DNA of 50,247 nt from NCBI GenBank assembly GCA_026395615.1, contig JAPLYH010000051.1, forward strand, positions 6,318-56,564, read 5' to 3'. Numbering within the stretch: the first letter of the stretch is position 1; every line of letters begins with the position of its first letter. This DNA is from Candidatus Parcubacteria bacterium (GTDB taxonomy: Bacteria > Patescibacteriota > Minisyncoccia > Minisyncoccales > PEYH01). Below the pieces are notes generated by a model. It was not told the DNA's origin. It saw only the letters and a program-made list of their open reading frames with translations, and searched no databases. The position numbers and the translations under genes are program-made. Of this stretch, positions 9,007-18,229 are shown one piece after another.

Positions 9007-10647
9007 CTACTGCTTGTCTGAACCAACCATCTCGGCTTCAAGCGCAGCTATGAGCTCGCCGCCTCGTTGTAGTAAGGCCTTGAGTTCTCCCGCCATAGCG
9101 CTTATTCGCTCTTGCCGAGTAGTTGTCGCCGGCTTCTTTGTTCTGATCCGACCGGAAACTGGTCTAGGCACTGGGACATCTCTTAGCCAGTGAAGCTTAG
9201 ACAGCCCTTCACACTTCTCCTGTGGAACCAACCAGCCCCAATACTTAAACCATGCGTACTGAGCACAACCGACTCTTACGCTACCGAACTTCTTAATCAA
9301 TACTCCGCTCGCTCCGCTCACCAGCCATCCTTCTCCTTCAGGATGTTTTTCCTGCGCTGCAGCACGAAGCGCGGCATATGCTTCGCAACGATTCCCTGGT
9401 AATCCAGCTGGGAAATCTATTGCTTCTCCTCCACTCCTCGCTCCCACCTGTTTACCAGCTGCCTTAGGCACCGGAACGACTCTCAACCAGTAGGTTCTTG
9501 CTCCGCCACCCTGTTCCTTCCTACCCTCTTCTGTAGTAAGCCAACCAGCACTTCTCAATCGCATGAAAAGCTTACTAGCTATTCGTTTTCCGAATCGTTC
9601 GCGCAAAACTCCGCTTGCCCTGCACACCAACCATCCTCCTTCAGGATGTTCTTCTTTTGCAGCAGCAAGAAGTATTGCATACGCCTCACGGTATTTCTCT
9701 GGTAGGTCAATAGGAGAATCCTTTACTTCTCCTATATCTCTTGGTTCCGTTCTTGGTTCCGTTCTTGGTTCCGTTCTTGGTTCCGTTCTTGGTTCCGTTC
9801 TTGGTTCCGTTCTTGGTTCCGCCCGCTTACCAGCTGTCTTAGATACTGGAACGTCCCTAAGCCAGTGGTCTTTACCTCTGCTTCCTTCTGCGTTCTTTGT
9901 TTCTTCTGAGGTCAACCAACCATTTCCCTTAAACCAGGCATAGTAGGTTGAAAACCCTTTACGGCCAAACTTACCAACCAAAACGCCCAATGCTCTTGGT
10001 ACTATCCATCCCCCTTCGGGATGTTTTCCTTGCGCTGCGGCACGAAGTGCGGCATATGCTTCACGGTATTTCTCCGGCAGACCAGCAGGAAAGTCACCTT
10101 CAATCGGATGAATCGACTGCCGTTGAACCACCGGAGTGATTGGTGAAACAGCTGGTGTTGTTGGTTTCTTGACAGCAAGAGCAGCCAGCTTACGTGGTAG
10201 AGCCAACTCTGGCATCTTTTCTGCTGTCGCTCGTGCCGAAGGTTGCAACCCAATTCCACTCAATTCTCGTAGTGATCTCTCTTGATGTAACGTCTCTATT
10301 CCCCTTGAACAAAGATGAGTTCCTCTGCCAGCAGGCCTCCTCTTAGCATTGACTGCTTCTCCTTCTCTTCTCCTCGGTCGTTCCGCATCGTCTGCGAATA
10401 GATTCACATTCGGTCTGTCTTGCCAAAGCCATCCAGTATCGCCTCTGATTCTTGCTGCTCTTGAGTGAATCTGGTAGGCCTCTTTGACCTCGGAAAGACT
10501 GACCGTAGGATGTTGATCTACTACTGCCGCCAACAAAGAATTCAGTGAAGCGTGGCTAATGCCGTCGCCCTTTACCCCGAGGATTAGCTGTTTGAATGAC
10601 TCATAGCCATCCAACTTAACTATCCCCACTCCCGTTCCGTTTCCCAT
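9007..10647 (-). CDS. GC-rich orphan protein with three ~85-aa internal repeats (possible winged-helix) and an EPRT tandem repeat
   Basis: ATG at 10647 preceded by AGGAGG at 8 nt; repeats LPEKYREAYAALRAAA...HPEGGW...GWL...WLRDVPV x3; 35/60 G+C at 9301-9360. Confidence 0.75.
   Translation of the reverse strand: MGNGTGVGIVKLDGYESFKQLILGVKGDGISHASLNSLLAAVVDQHPTVSLSEVKEAYQIHSRAARIRGDTGWLWQDRPNVNLFADDAERPRRREGEAVNAKRRPAGRGTHLCSRGIETLHQERSLRELSGIGLQPSARATAEKMPELALPRKLAALAVKKPTTPAVSPITPVVQRQSIHPIEGDFPAGLPEKYREAYAALRAAAQGKHPEGGWIVPRALGVLVGKFGRKGFSTYYAWFKGNGWLTSEETKNAEGSRGKDHWLRDVPVSKTAGKRAEPRTEPRTEPRTEPRTEPRTEPRTEPRDIGEVKDSPIDLPEKYREAYAILLAAAKEEHPEGGWLVCRASGVLRERFGKRIASKLFMRLRSAGWLTTEEGRKEQGGGARTYWLRVVPVPKAAGKQVGARSGGEAIDFPAGLPGNRCEAYAALRAAAQEKHPEGEGWLVSGASGVLIKKFGSVRVGCAQYAWFKYWGWLVPQEKCEGLSKLHWLRDVPVPRPVSGRIRTKKPATTTRQERISAMAGELKALLQRGGELIAALEAEMVGSDKQ
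9739..9821. repeat. 12-bp perfect tandem repeat (TCTTGGTTCCGT), ~7 copies, in-frame VNTR
   Basis: Six full units plus 11/12 of a seventh; encodes (TEPR)n on the minus strand. Confidence 0.97.
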
Positions 10648-10736
10648 TTTACATCCCTCCTCTCGTTCTTGAGATTTGCTCTTGGCTTGCCGTTGATTCA
10701 GACATAAATTGGCAAAGAGCAAAAGAACATATTTTG

Positions 10737-10765
10737 AATTTAGTATTATTATGTCTAAGTGTCAA
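10737..10765 (-). promoter_or_regulatory. sigma70-type promoter of islet 1
   Basis: TTGACA-17nt-TAAATT. Confidence 0.65.
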
Positions 10766-10820
10766 CGATTAAAACATTTCACTAATAAAAATTATCATTA
10801 AAATATTTATGTTCTCGACT

Positions 10821-10849
10821 TAAAAACCCTCGTGAACAGAGGGTTTTTA
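10821..10849. terminator. Intrinsic terminator downstream of tRNA-Gln
   Basis: AAAAACCCTC...GAGGGTTTTT inverted repeat. Confidence 0.75.
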
Positions 10850-10856
10850 GTATCAT

Positions 10857-10928
10857 TTGCGGGGCTAGGATTCGAACCTAGAATAGTCGCCTTCAAAGGG
10901 CGATGTCCTACCGTTAGACGACCCCGCA
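10857..10928 (-). tRNA. tRNA-Gln(TTG)
   Basis: Acceptor TGCGGGG/CCCCGCA, anticodon arm TCGCC-CTTTGAA-GGCGA, T-loop GTTCGAATC; no encoded CCA. Confidence 0.95.
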
Positions 10929-10952
10929 GAGTTAATCACTAATCATTTATCA

Positions 10953-12065
10953 TTAATCGCCGATTATTTCAAGGATTGCCAATTCTAATGGCAATTGGGG
11001 AATCGGAGAATATTTAATCTTATTTTGTGCTTCTAAAAATAATTTAAGCGCCTTCCTTATTTCAGGCTCCTTGAATTTTAAAGATTGTTCTTTTAGTTCT
11101 TTCTTCACTTCTTCGGTCAAATTACGAAAAATCGGATTTTCCAAATCAGGGCTTATTTTAAAAATCAACGCTTGACGCAAATATTCAACAATCGCTTTTA
11201 CTAATTCCGAAGGATCCAGTCCTTTCTCAATTATTTCATTCAAAAAATCAACCGCCTTTCCCGCATTTTTTTGAAAAATCAAATCAATTAACTTGGTTAT
11301 CAAGCTTATATCAATTATGCCTAATAATGTTTTCACATCTTCTTCTAAAATTTCTTTTTTATCGTCTTTATCAGAAACCTTGCTAAAACTTAAAACTTGG
11401 TCAAGTAAAACCTCGGCATTTCTGACTGCCCCATCCGCATTCATAACTATAAGCTCTAACGCGGATTTTTCTATTTTTATTTTCTCTTTTTTAACGATTG
11501 CTTCCAATTTGCTCATTATCTCTGACGCTGAAAGTTTTTTAAAATCAAACCTCTGACATCTTGAGCTGATTGTGGAAATCATTTTATGGGCTTCCGTGGT
11601 GGCTAGTATAAATACCGCAAATGAAGGCGGCTCTTCAAGCATCTTAAGTAAAGCGTTAGCCGCATCTTTTGAAAGCTGATGACTTTCATCAATAATAAAA
11701 ACCTTATATTTCATCCGCGTTGGAGAAAATCTAATTCCCTCTTTCAATTCCCTGATATCATCTATTCCTCTGTTTGAAGCAGCGTCAATCTCCACCAAAT
11801 CAATCGCCCTTCCGCTATTTATTTCCATACAGGACTGACATTTATTACAGGGCTCAAAGCCCTGAAGATTTTCACAATTTATGGCTTTCGCCAATAACCG
11901 AGCAACTGTTGTTTTCCCTGAACCCTTTGGACCGGAAAACAAATAACAATGAGATAAAGAATCGTTTTTTATCTCATTAGTTATCGTTCTTATTACATGT
12001 TCCTGACCTACCATCTCTGAAAAGCTTTTCGGTCTATATTTGCGATATAAAACTAAATTAACCAT
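10953..12065 (-). CDS. dnaX: DNA polymerase III subunit gamma/tau (short form)
   Basis: LYRKYRP, GPKGSGKTT, Zn-finger C..C..C..C, EIDAASNRGIDDIR, SRCQ. Confidence 0.96.
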   Translation of the reverse strand: MVNLVLYRKYRPKSFSEMVGQEHVIRTITNEIKNDSLSHCYLFSGPKGSGKTTVARLLAKAINCENLQGFEPCNKCQSCMEINSGRAIDLVEIDAASNRGIDDIRELKEGIRFSPTRMKYKVFIIDESHQLSKDAANALLKMLEEPPSFAVFILATTEAHKMISTISSRCQRFDFKKLSASEIMSKLEAIVKKEKIKIEKSALELIVMNADGAVRNAEVLLDQVLSFSKVSDKDDKKEILEEDVKTLLGIIDISLITKLIDLIFQKNAGKAVDFLNEIIEKGLDPSELVKAIVEYLRQALIFKISPDLENPIFRNLTEEVKKELKEQSLKFKEPEIRKALKLFLEAQNKIKYSPIPQLPLELAILEIIGD

Positions 12066-12071
12066 AATCCT

Positions 12072-12812
12072 TTATTTGGAAATTAATAAAACAAACAGGT
12101 AAATAGTAGCGAATTTTGCAATTTCTGTGCCAATTTTTTTAATTTCTGGCCACGCTTCCAGGTTCTTCCTATATTTAATAGTTCCAAATACTCCGATAAC
12201 ACCCGCAGCAACAATTATCCACTGATAAGTATTATTGAATATGATAACAGAAAATAAACTTGTCAAGAATAATAGCGCGAAACTTACCGTAAGCAAATAG
12301 AAAATTTTATTCTTCAATAATTTATAACTAACATCTTGATCTGCAATAGAGTGAACTAATTCTGCACACATTGAAGCAATAAAAAGAACAATAATACTCA
12401 TCCAATTAACAGACGCTGCAAATGCCCAATAAACGATCATTGAGCATATAACAGATAAATAAACATTTTTAAACAATCCTATATTTTTCAATTTCAGATT
12501 GTAAAGAGCAATTAAAACCGTGAATATTAACGCAAAAATTAAATTATATCCGATAGTAAGACATAGGCCTAATAGAATCAGCATAAAAGTTAATCCTTGT
12601 AAGGATTTATGGGACAAAGACATATTTCTGTCTTTATCTATCCAGTCATTCATCAAAAGCAGGCCTATTGTTATAAACATCCACCCAGTAATGGGCTTGA
12701 GAATATAAAGAAAGTTGGCATTAGAATCAATTAAGGCGAATAAAATCGGAATCAAAACAGTAGAGAGATATTCTAATCTATACAAAGTATCTCCGTGATA
12801 TTCTTTGAGCAT
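12072..12812 (-). CDS. Divergent UbiA-family prenyltransferase-like membrane protein
   Basis: About 8 TM helices; NDWIDKD (NDxxD motif), YNLKLKNIGLFKN loop, second motif ELVHSIAD. Confidence 0.6.
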   Translation of the reverse strand: MLKEYHGDTLYRLEYLSTVLIPILFALIDSNANFLYILKPITGWMFITIGLLLMNDWIDKDRNMSLSHKSLQGLTFMLILLGLCLTIGYNLIFALIFTVLIALYNLKLKNIGLFKNVYLSVICSMIVYWAFAASVNWMSIIVLFIASMCAELVHSIADQDVSYKLLKNKIFYLLTVSFALLFLTSLFSVIIFNNTYQWIIVAAGVIGVFGTIKYRKNLEAWPEIKKIGTEIAKFATIYLFVLLISK

Positions 12813-12818
12813 TTTATT

Positions 12819-13448
12819 TTATTTCTTAAATACAAAGAATTTATAACCCAAGAAATTCCACATAAAGCCAACCAAAACTCCGATAAACGGCGCGATTATT
12901 CCTGCCAGAACATTACTGGAAACTCCGGCGCTTGAACCAACCATACGGACAATTAATGAAGCGATTCCAACATTAAGCAGAGCGCCAACTCCTGTAATGA
13001 GATAAAATCCAGCAAACTCTTTTCCTTTTACTTTACCGCCTTTTTCAAATGTCCAAGATTTATTCCAAAAATAACTGTTAGTGGCAGCGAATGAGAATGA
13101 TATAAATTTAAAAAATGCGTACAAAGCGATTGTCTGTCCGGCATCTATCTTGCTTACCCATAAAAGAAAACCCAGCACTCCAAAATCAATAAAAGTATTT
13201 AGGGCACCAACAAGAACAAATCTTGCAAGCTGCCAGATAACCTTAATCTTTTTTGCGAGTTTATCCACTATAAACAATCCTGCTAAGATTATAAATGGCA
13301 AAATAATCGGCAATAGGAAAAAATAACCAAACTTAAATCCTTGCCATTTGCTTAAAATATCATGCTCAAGATTTTTAATTGTTGGCAATGCCAAAAGTCC
13401 TATTAAAAAACCGATTATCGCACCTAATTTAATATCTCTTTTTGTCAT
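12819..13448 (-). CDS. GtrA-family membrane protein
   Basis: QLARFVLVGALNTFIDF, NSYFWNKSWTF, WNFLGYKFFVF. Confidence 0.9.
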   Translation of the reverse strand: MTKRDIKLGAIIGFLIGLLALPTIKNLEHDILSKWQGFKFGYFFLLPIILPFIILAGLFIVDKLAKKIKVIWQLARFVLVGALNTFIDFGVLGFLLWVSKIDAGQTIALYAFFKFISFSFAATNSYFWNKSWTFEKGGKVKGKEFAGFYLITGVGALLNVGIASLIVRMVGSSAGVSSNVLAGIIAPFIGVLVGFMWNFLGYKFFVFKK

Positions 13449-13505
13449 AATAAAAGATTAATGATTACTTAATATTATCAGAAACCCTATTTATTGCCAA
13501 GCTAG

Positions 13506-13538
13506 AAATTACGCGGCCGGGGAGCGTGGGACAGAAAT
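13506..13538 (+). repeat. Dispersed palindromic repeat, copy A (type II variant)
   Basis: AAATTACGCGGCCGGGGAGCGTGGGACAGAAAT; 29/33 identical to the reverse complement of 33759-33791. Confidence 0.85.
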
Positions 13539-13635
13539 GGAATTTTATGGTCTAATATATCACTCATATATCGAGCAGATATCTTAATACCATAACATAT
13601 CACAACAAGTTTGAGTAAAAACCAGAAATGTTCAC

Positions 13636-13659
13636 TACGATGCCGGGTGGCGTAATTTT
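13636..13659 (+). repeat. Dispersed palindromic repeat, copy B (type I)
   Basis: TACGATGCCGGGTGGCGTAATTTT, identical core to 32517-32541 and 33156-33182. Confidence 0.92.
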
Positions 13660-13756
13660 TGGAGATTTTTGAAAGAAAGGATATGGATATAAAAGTTTGA
13701 GTAAAAAGCGGAAATATATTAGAATAAACTAATAACGAAAACAAATAATAATAAGA

Positions 13757-15157
13757 ATGATTAAAGTATATAATTCCCTAAGCAAAAAAGAAGAGATATT
13801 TAAACCCTTAAAAGATAAAAAGGTTGCTTTTTATGTATGCGGGCCAACTGTTTACGGTCCCGGACATATTGGGCATGCGCGAACATATATTGCCTTTGAT
13901 ATCATCAGAAGATATTTGGAGTATAAGGGCTATGATGTGAGATACGCGATGAATATAACCGATATTCATGATGATATTATCACGGCAGCTCAAATGCAAA
14001 AAACCGATATTTTCACTTTAGGAAATAAGTACACAAAAATGTTTTTACATGACCAAAATAATTTGGGTATTAAAAAGGCAAATTTTTATCCAAGGGTAAC
14101 AGAAAACATAAAAGAGATTATAAAATTCATTCAAGAACTGGAAGAAAAAGGGTTTGCTTACGAAAAAGATGATTCTGTATATTTTGACGTTTCAAAATTC
14201 AAGGACTATGGAAAACTCTCCGGAATTAAAATCAAAAAAGCAAAAACCGGGACAAGAGTAGAAACAGACAAATACGAGAGAAAAGAAGCCATTGATTTTG
14301 TTTTGTGGAAGAAAGCAAAACCAGGCGAACCATTTTGGGAAAGCCCTTGGGGACAAGGCAGGCCAGGCTGGCATATTGAATGCTCGGTAATGATTAAAAA
14401 ACATTTAGGAGAACAAATAGATATCCACGCTGGAGCAATAGATTTATTATTTCCCCATCATGAAAATGAAATCGCCCAAACAGAAGCGATTGCCAAGAAA
14501 AAACCATTTGTAAAATATTGGCTGCATGGCGGACTTTTAATGATAAATGGACAAAAGATGTCCAAGTCGCTTGGCAATTTTATAACCATAGAACAAGTAT
14601 TAGAAAAATGGGATTCAAGAGTTATAAGAATGTTTGTCGCTTCAAGCCATTATCAAAGCAAATTGAATTGGTCGGAAAGAAATCTCTTACAGGCTAAGAA
14701 AAATCTGGAGAAAATAGAAGAATTTATAGAAAAACTCAAAACGCAAAACGTAAAAGGTAAAACAACAACAAACTCAAAACAGATTGAATCCTTGATAAGA
14801 AAATCAAAGAAAGAATTTGAAGTGGCAATGGATGATAATTTTAATACTCCTGAAGCGCTGGCCGTATTGTTTGAAATGATGAAAAGTATAAATCCCCTAC
14901 TTGATAAAAATAAAATTGATAAAAAACAGGCAAAAGATATACTGGAGTTCTTAAAAAATATTGATAAAATTTTTAATTTCATTTTCCCTGGTAAAAAAGA
15001 AGCAATTCCTGAACAAATAAAAGAATTAGTAAAAAAGAGGGAAAAGTCAAGAAAAGATAAACAATGGCAAAAAGCAGATGAGATTAGAAAACAAATTGAA
15101 CAACTGGGGTTTAATATAAAAGATACGGCCAACGGAACGGAAGTGAAAAAGAGATAG
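13757..15157 (+). CDS. cysS: Cysteine--tRNA ligase
   Basis: CGPTVY, HIGH, PGWHIECS, FPHHENE, KMSKS. Confidence 0.98.
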   Translation: MIKVYNSLSKKEEIFKPLKDKKVAFYVCGPTVYGPGHIGHARTYIAFDIIRRYLEYKGYDVRYAMNITDIHDDIITAAQMQKTDIFTLGNKYTKMFLHDQNNLGIKKANFYPRVTENIKEIIKFIQELEEKGFAYEKDDSVYFDVSKFKDYGKLSGIKIKKAKTGTRVETDKYERKEAIDFVLWKKAKPGEPFWESPWGQGRPGWHIECSVMIKKHLGEQIDIHAGAIDLLFPHHENEIAQTEAIAKKKPFVKYWLHGGLLMINGQKMSKSLGNFITIEQVLEKWDSRVIRMFVASSHYQSKLNWSERNLLQAKKNLEKIEEFIEKLKTQNVKGKTTTNSKQIESLIRKSKKEFEVAMDDNFNTPEALAVLFEMMKSINPLLDKNKIDKKQAKDILEFLKNIDKIFNFIFPGKKEAIPEQIKELVKKREKSRKDKQWQKADEIRKQIEQLGFNIKDTANGTEVKKR

Positions 15158-15162
15158 AATTA

Positions 15163-15171
15163 TTATCCACA
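15163..15171 (+). promoter_or_regulatory. Consensus DnaA box upstream of dnaB
   Basis: TTATCCACA exact match. Confidence 0.55.
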
Positions 15172-15208
15172 GGGCAAAAATGACCGCGCAAAGCGGTCAT
15201 TTTTGCCC
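15172..15208. terminator. 16-bp perfect hairpin between cysS and dnaB
   Basis: GGGCAAAAATGACCGC-GCAAA-GCGGTCATTTTTGCCC. Confidence 0.65.
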
Positions 15209-15246
15209 CTCTTGCCAAAAATTGGAATTTGGCTAGAATGGAGATA

Positions 15247-16653
15247 ATGGCTGATTACTCAAAAAACAACCAAACTCTGCCCGATAAAACTCCTCCTCAA
15301 AACATTGAGGCTGAGAAATCTTTGCTCGGTAGCTTAATGATCGATAGAAATGCGATTATAAAAGTCGTGGATTTTTTACAACCACGCGATTTTTATAAAA
15401 ACCAACATCAAACAATATACGAATCAATACACGATCTTTTCGACAGAAATCAAGTAATTGATTTCCTATCTTTATCCTCCCGATTACAAGAAAAAGGCAA
15501 ATTAGAGTCAATTGGCGGAAAATCATATCTTACAGAACTCATCAACTCTGTGCCTAATGCAATGCATGTTTTGGATTATGCAAAAATTGTCCAGAAAAAA
15601 AGAATTTTAAGAGATCTTATCCAAACTTCTTATGAAATCGGCAGCATGGGATTCAATGAAGAAGAAGATATTGACATCTTATTAGACAGAGCAGAAAGTC
15701 AGATATTCAACATCGCCCAACGCTCGATGTCCCAACAATTCATTCCGATTAAAAGCGAATTAGAAGGCGCTTTTGAAAGAATAGATAATCTTTCAAAACA
15801 TAAGGGCACGCCACGAGGAGTGCCGACAGGATTTGTTGACTTGGATAAAATACTTTCCGGCCTTCAAAAATCCGACTTGATTATTCTGGCTGCCCGCCCA
15901 TCAATCGGTAAAAGCGGATTGGCTCTGGATATTGCCCGCCACATTGGAGTAAACGAGAAAAAACCAGTCGGAGTTTTTAGCTTGGAAATGTCTAAAGACC
16001 AAGTAATTGACCGTTTTATTGCCAGTCAATCAAATGTTGACCTTTGGAAATTAAGAACAGGTCATCTTTCCGGAGACGGACCTGATAATGATTTTGAAAG
16101 AATCCAGCACGCTCTTGGAGTATTATCAGAAGCTCCCATATTTATAGATGACACTGCTGGGCTTAATATTCTGCAGATGAGAGCAATGGCGAGAAGATTG
16201 CAAGTTCAACATGGATTATCTCTGTTAATAGTTGATTATCTTCAATTAATGGAACCTCGATCTGCTAATATGCAAATGGTTCAACAAATGACAGAAATAT
16301 CCCGTTCGCTTAAGGGATTGGCAAAAGAATTGGAAGTTCCTGTTCTTGCTCTGTCCCAACTTTCAAGAGCAGTGGAACAAAGAACTCCATCAATACCAAA
16401 ATTATCCGACCTCCGCGAAACAGGAGCTTTGGAACAGGATGCTGATGTTGTTTTATTCATTTACCGCGAAGATAAATACAGACAAGACACTGCCAGAAAA
16501 AATATTGCTGATATCTTGATTGCAAAACACAGAAACGGCCCTGTTGGCAAGGCCGAGTTGTATTTTGACGAACCTCGAGCAAGTTTCCGAAATCTAGAAA
16601 AAAGAGAATTTGAAGATCCGGGAAATATTGAACTGGAAGATATTCTTTCTTAA
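15247..16653 (+). CDS. dnaB: Replicative DNA helicase
   Basis: PPQNIEAE, AARPSIGKS, FSLEM, VDYLQL, LSQLSR, EQDAD, KHRNGP; ATG 15247 lies 7 nt after a TAGAAT -10 box; no intein. Confidence 0.97.
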   Translation: MADYSKNNQTLPDKTPPQNIEAEKSLLGSLMIDRNAIIKVVDFLQPRDFYKNQHQTIYESIHDLFDRNQVIDFLSLSSRLQEKGKLESIGGKSYLTELINSVPNAMHVLDYAKIVQKKRILRDLIQTSYEIGSMGFNEEEDIDILLDRAESQIFNIAQRSMSQQFIPIKSELEGAFERIDNLSKHKGTPRGVPTGFVDLDKILSGLQKSDLIILAARPSIGKSGLALDIARHIGVNEKKPVGVFSLEMSKDQVIDRFIASQSNVDLWKLRTGHLSGDGPDNDFERIQHALGVLSEAPIFIDDTAGLNILQMRAMARRLQVQHGLSLLIVDYLQLMEPRSANMQMVQQMTEISRSLKGLAKELEVPVLALSQLSRAVEQRTPSIPKLSDLRETGALEQDADVVLFIYREDKYRQDTARKNIADILIAKHRNGPVGKAELYFDEPRASFRNLEKREFEDPGNIELEDILS

Positions 16654-16661
16654 TCTTCTGT

Positions 16662-16976
16662 CTACACTTCCGGAATCTCTTTGATTTCAACTAAAGTATA
16701 AAACTGGCGATGTCCTTTTGTAAGCTTATATCTCTTCTTCGGGCTATATTTAAAGGCGATAACTTTCTTGCCTTTTTTTGTTTCCAAAACCTTTGCCTGG
16801 ACTGTGGCATTTTTCACAAAAGGAGTGCCAATGCTTAATTTTTTATTTCTTTCCAATAATAAAACCTCATCAAAGATAACTTCTTCGTTATCCTTTTTAT
16901 CTAATTTCTCTATTTTTATTTTATCGCCGGGTTTAACAAGATACTGTTTCCCGCCGGTCTTGATTACTGCCAACAT
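16662..16976 (-). CDS. rplU: 50S ribosomal protein L21
   Basis: AVIKTGGKQY, KGHRQ. Confidence 0.97.
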   Translation of the reverse strand: MLAVIKTGGKQYLVKPGDKIKIEKLDKKDNEEVIFDEVLLLERNKKLSIGTPFVKNATVQAKVLETKKGKKVIAFKYSPKKRYKLTKGHRQFYTLVEIKEIPEV

Positions 16977-17007
16977 ATTTTATTAATCATTAATTATTAA
17001 TCATTTA

Positions 17008-18010
17008 TCATTTATCATTATCTTCAGCTGGTAATTGTTTTTCTTCCGGCGAATTGTCTAATAATCTCTCTACCCTATCGCCGAATAAAGAAAGCCGTTT
17101 TTCCGAATTATCATAAGATGATAAAGCATTTTTTAAGTGGCTTCCTAATTTCCTGAAATCATCCATTATCTTTTTGCCATCTTGCTGGACTTTTGTCAAT
17201 CGTTTTAAGATATCTTGGGTCTTTTTTGTTATTTGAACATCTTTATACCAATGATTCACAGCAGAAAGAGTCAACAAGATATTATTCGGTGAAGCCAAAA
17301 TTATTTTCTTAGAACGGGCATATCTTGCCAAATCCTCTTCCCTCATCATTGTTATTTCATAATATACCGCTTCAGCGGGAATATACATAATCGCCTGGTC
17401 GGTTGTCCCTTCTGATGGCAAAATATATTTTGAAGCAATTTCTTGAATTTTCAGCTTGGTATCTTCTATAAATTTTTTACGAAAGAGCTTTTTATCCTCT
17501 TCGCTCTCCGATTCAACCATTTTTCTGTAATTATCATAGGAAAATTTCGCATCTATCGGAAGAATCCTGCCATTCGGAAGTTTTAAAGCCACATCTACTT
17601 GCTCTCCTGAAGAAAATAAATGCTGCGTTGTATAAAGTTCTTTTGGGAAATACTCATTCAAAATATGTTCCAAACTTTCTTCTCCCCACTCTCCTCTTAA
17701 TTTCGGCGACCTGAATATTTCTTGAAAAGATGAAATACTTTTCATCACTTCCTGAACCTGCTTCATATCTTCGCGAATCTGGACAGTTTCTTTGGTAAAC
17801 GAAGAAATCTGCTGATTCATCGCCTTAGAGGTTCCATCAACACTCCCTCTTATTTCTTTTAATTGCCCAGTCATCAAGTCTGTAATCCGTCTTTCAAGGT
17901 CTCTTATTTTATCACTCTGATTTTCATCAACATCTTTTTTCCAAAAGAATAAGGCCTAATGGTCCGATAATCGCGACTATTAAAAAAAATACTAATAAAA
18001 TATCGCTCAT
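17008..18010 (-). CDS. rmuC: DNA recombination protein RmuC; 5' TM anchor separated by a frameshift near 17930-17955
   Basis: RGEWGE, IDAKF, MYIPAEAVY; ATG at 18010 gives MSDILLVFFLIVAIIGPLGLILLEKRC*, and the +1 frame continues FWKKDVDENQSDKIRDLERRITDLM. Confidence 0.85.
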
Positions 18011-18083
18011 ATCTCCACTGATATTAACATTTCAAAACCAAAAAAGCAAGAACCGTTAGATTCTAACATTTTTACAATTTATG

Positions 18084-18155
18084 CGGCCCCGACGAGAGTC
18101 GAACTCGTGTACCATGGTTGAGAACCATGTATCCTAACCACTAGATGACGGGGCC
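18084..18155 (-). tRNA. tRNA-Glu(CTC)
   Basis: Acceptor GGCCCCG/CGGGGCC, anticodon arm CATGG-TTCTCAA-CCATG, GTTCGACTC. Confidence 0.95.
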
Positions 18156-18229
18156 AATAAAACTACAATAACACAAAAAAAGACTGGTGGCAAACTGTCT
18201 TTTCATCCTTTTTATTATGATTCTCAACT

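Noticed and set aside
9739..9821. CRISPR array
   Set aside because: Head-to-tail 12-bp units with no spacers, inside a coding region
10953..12065. Programmed frameshift or truncation of dnaX
   Set aside because: The ORF ends cleanly before tRNA-Gln with no downstream tau-domain frame; a short DnaX is plausible for this lineage
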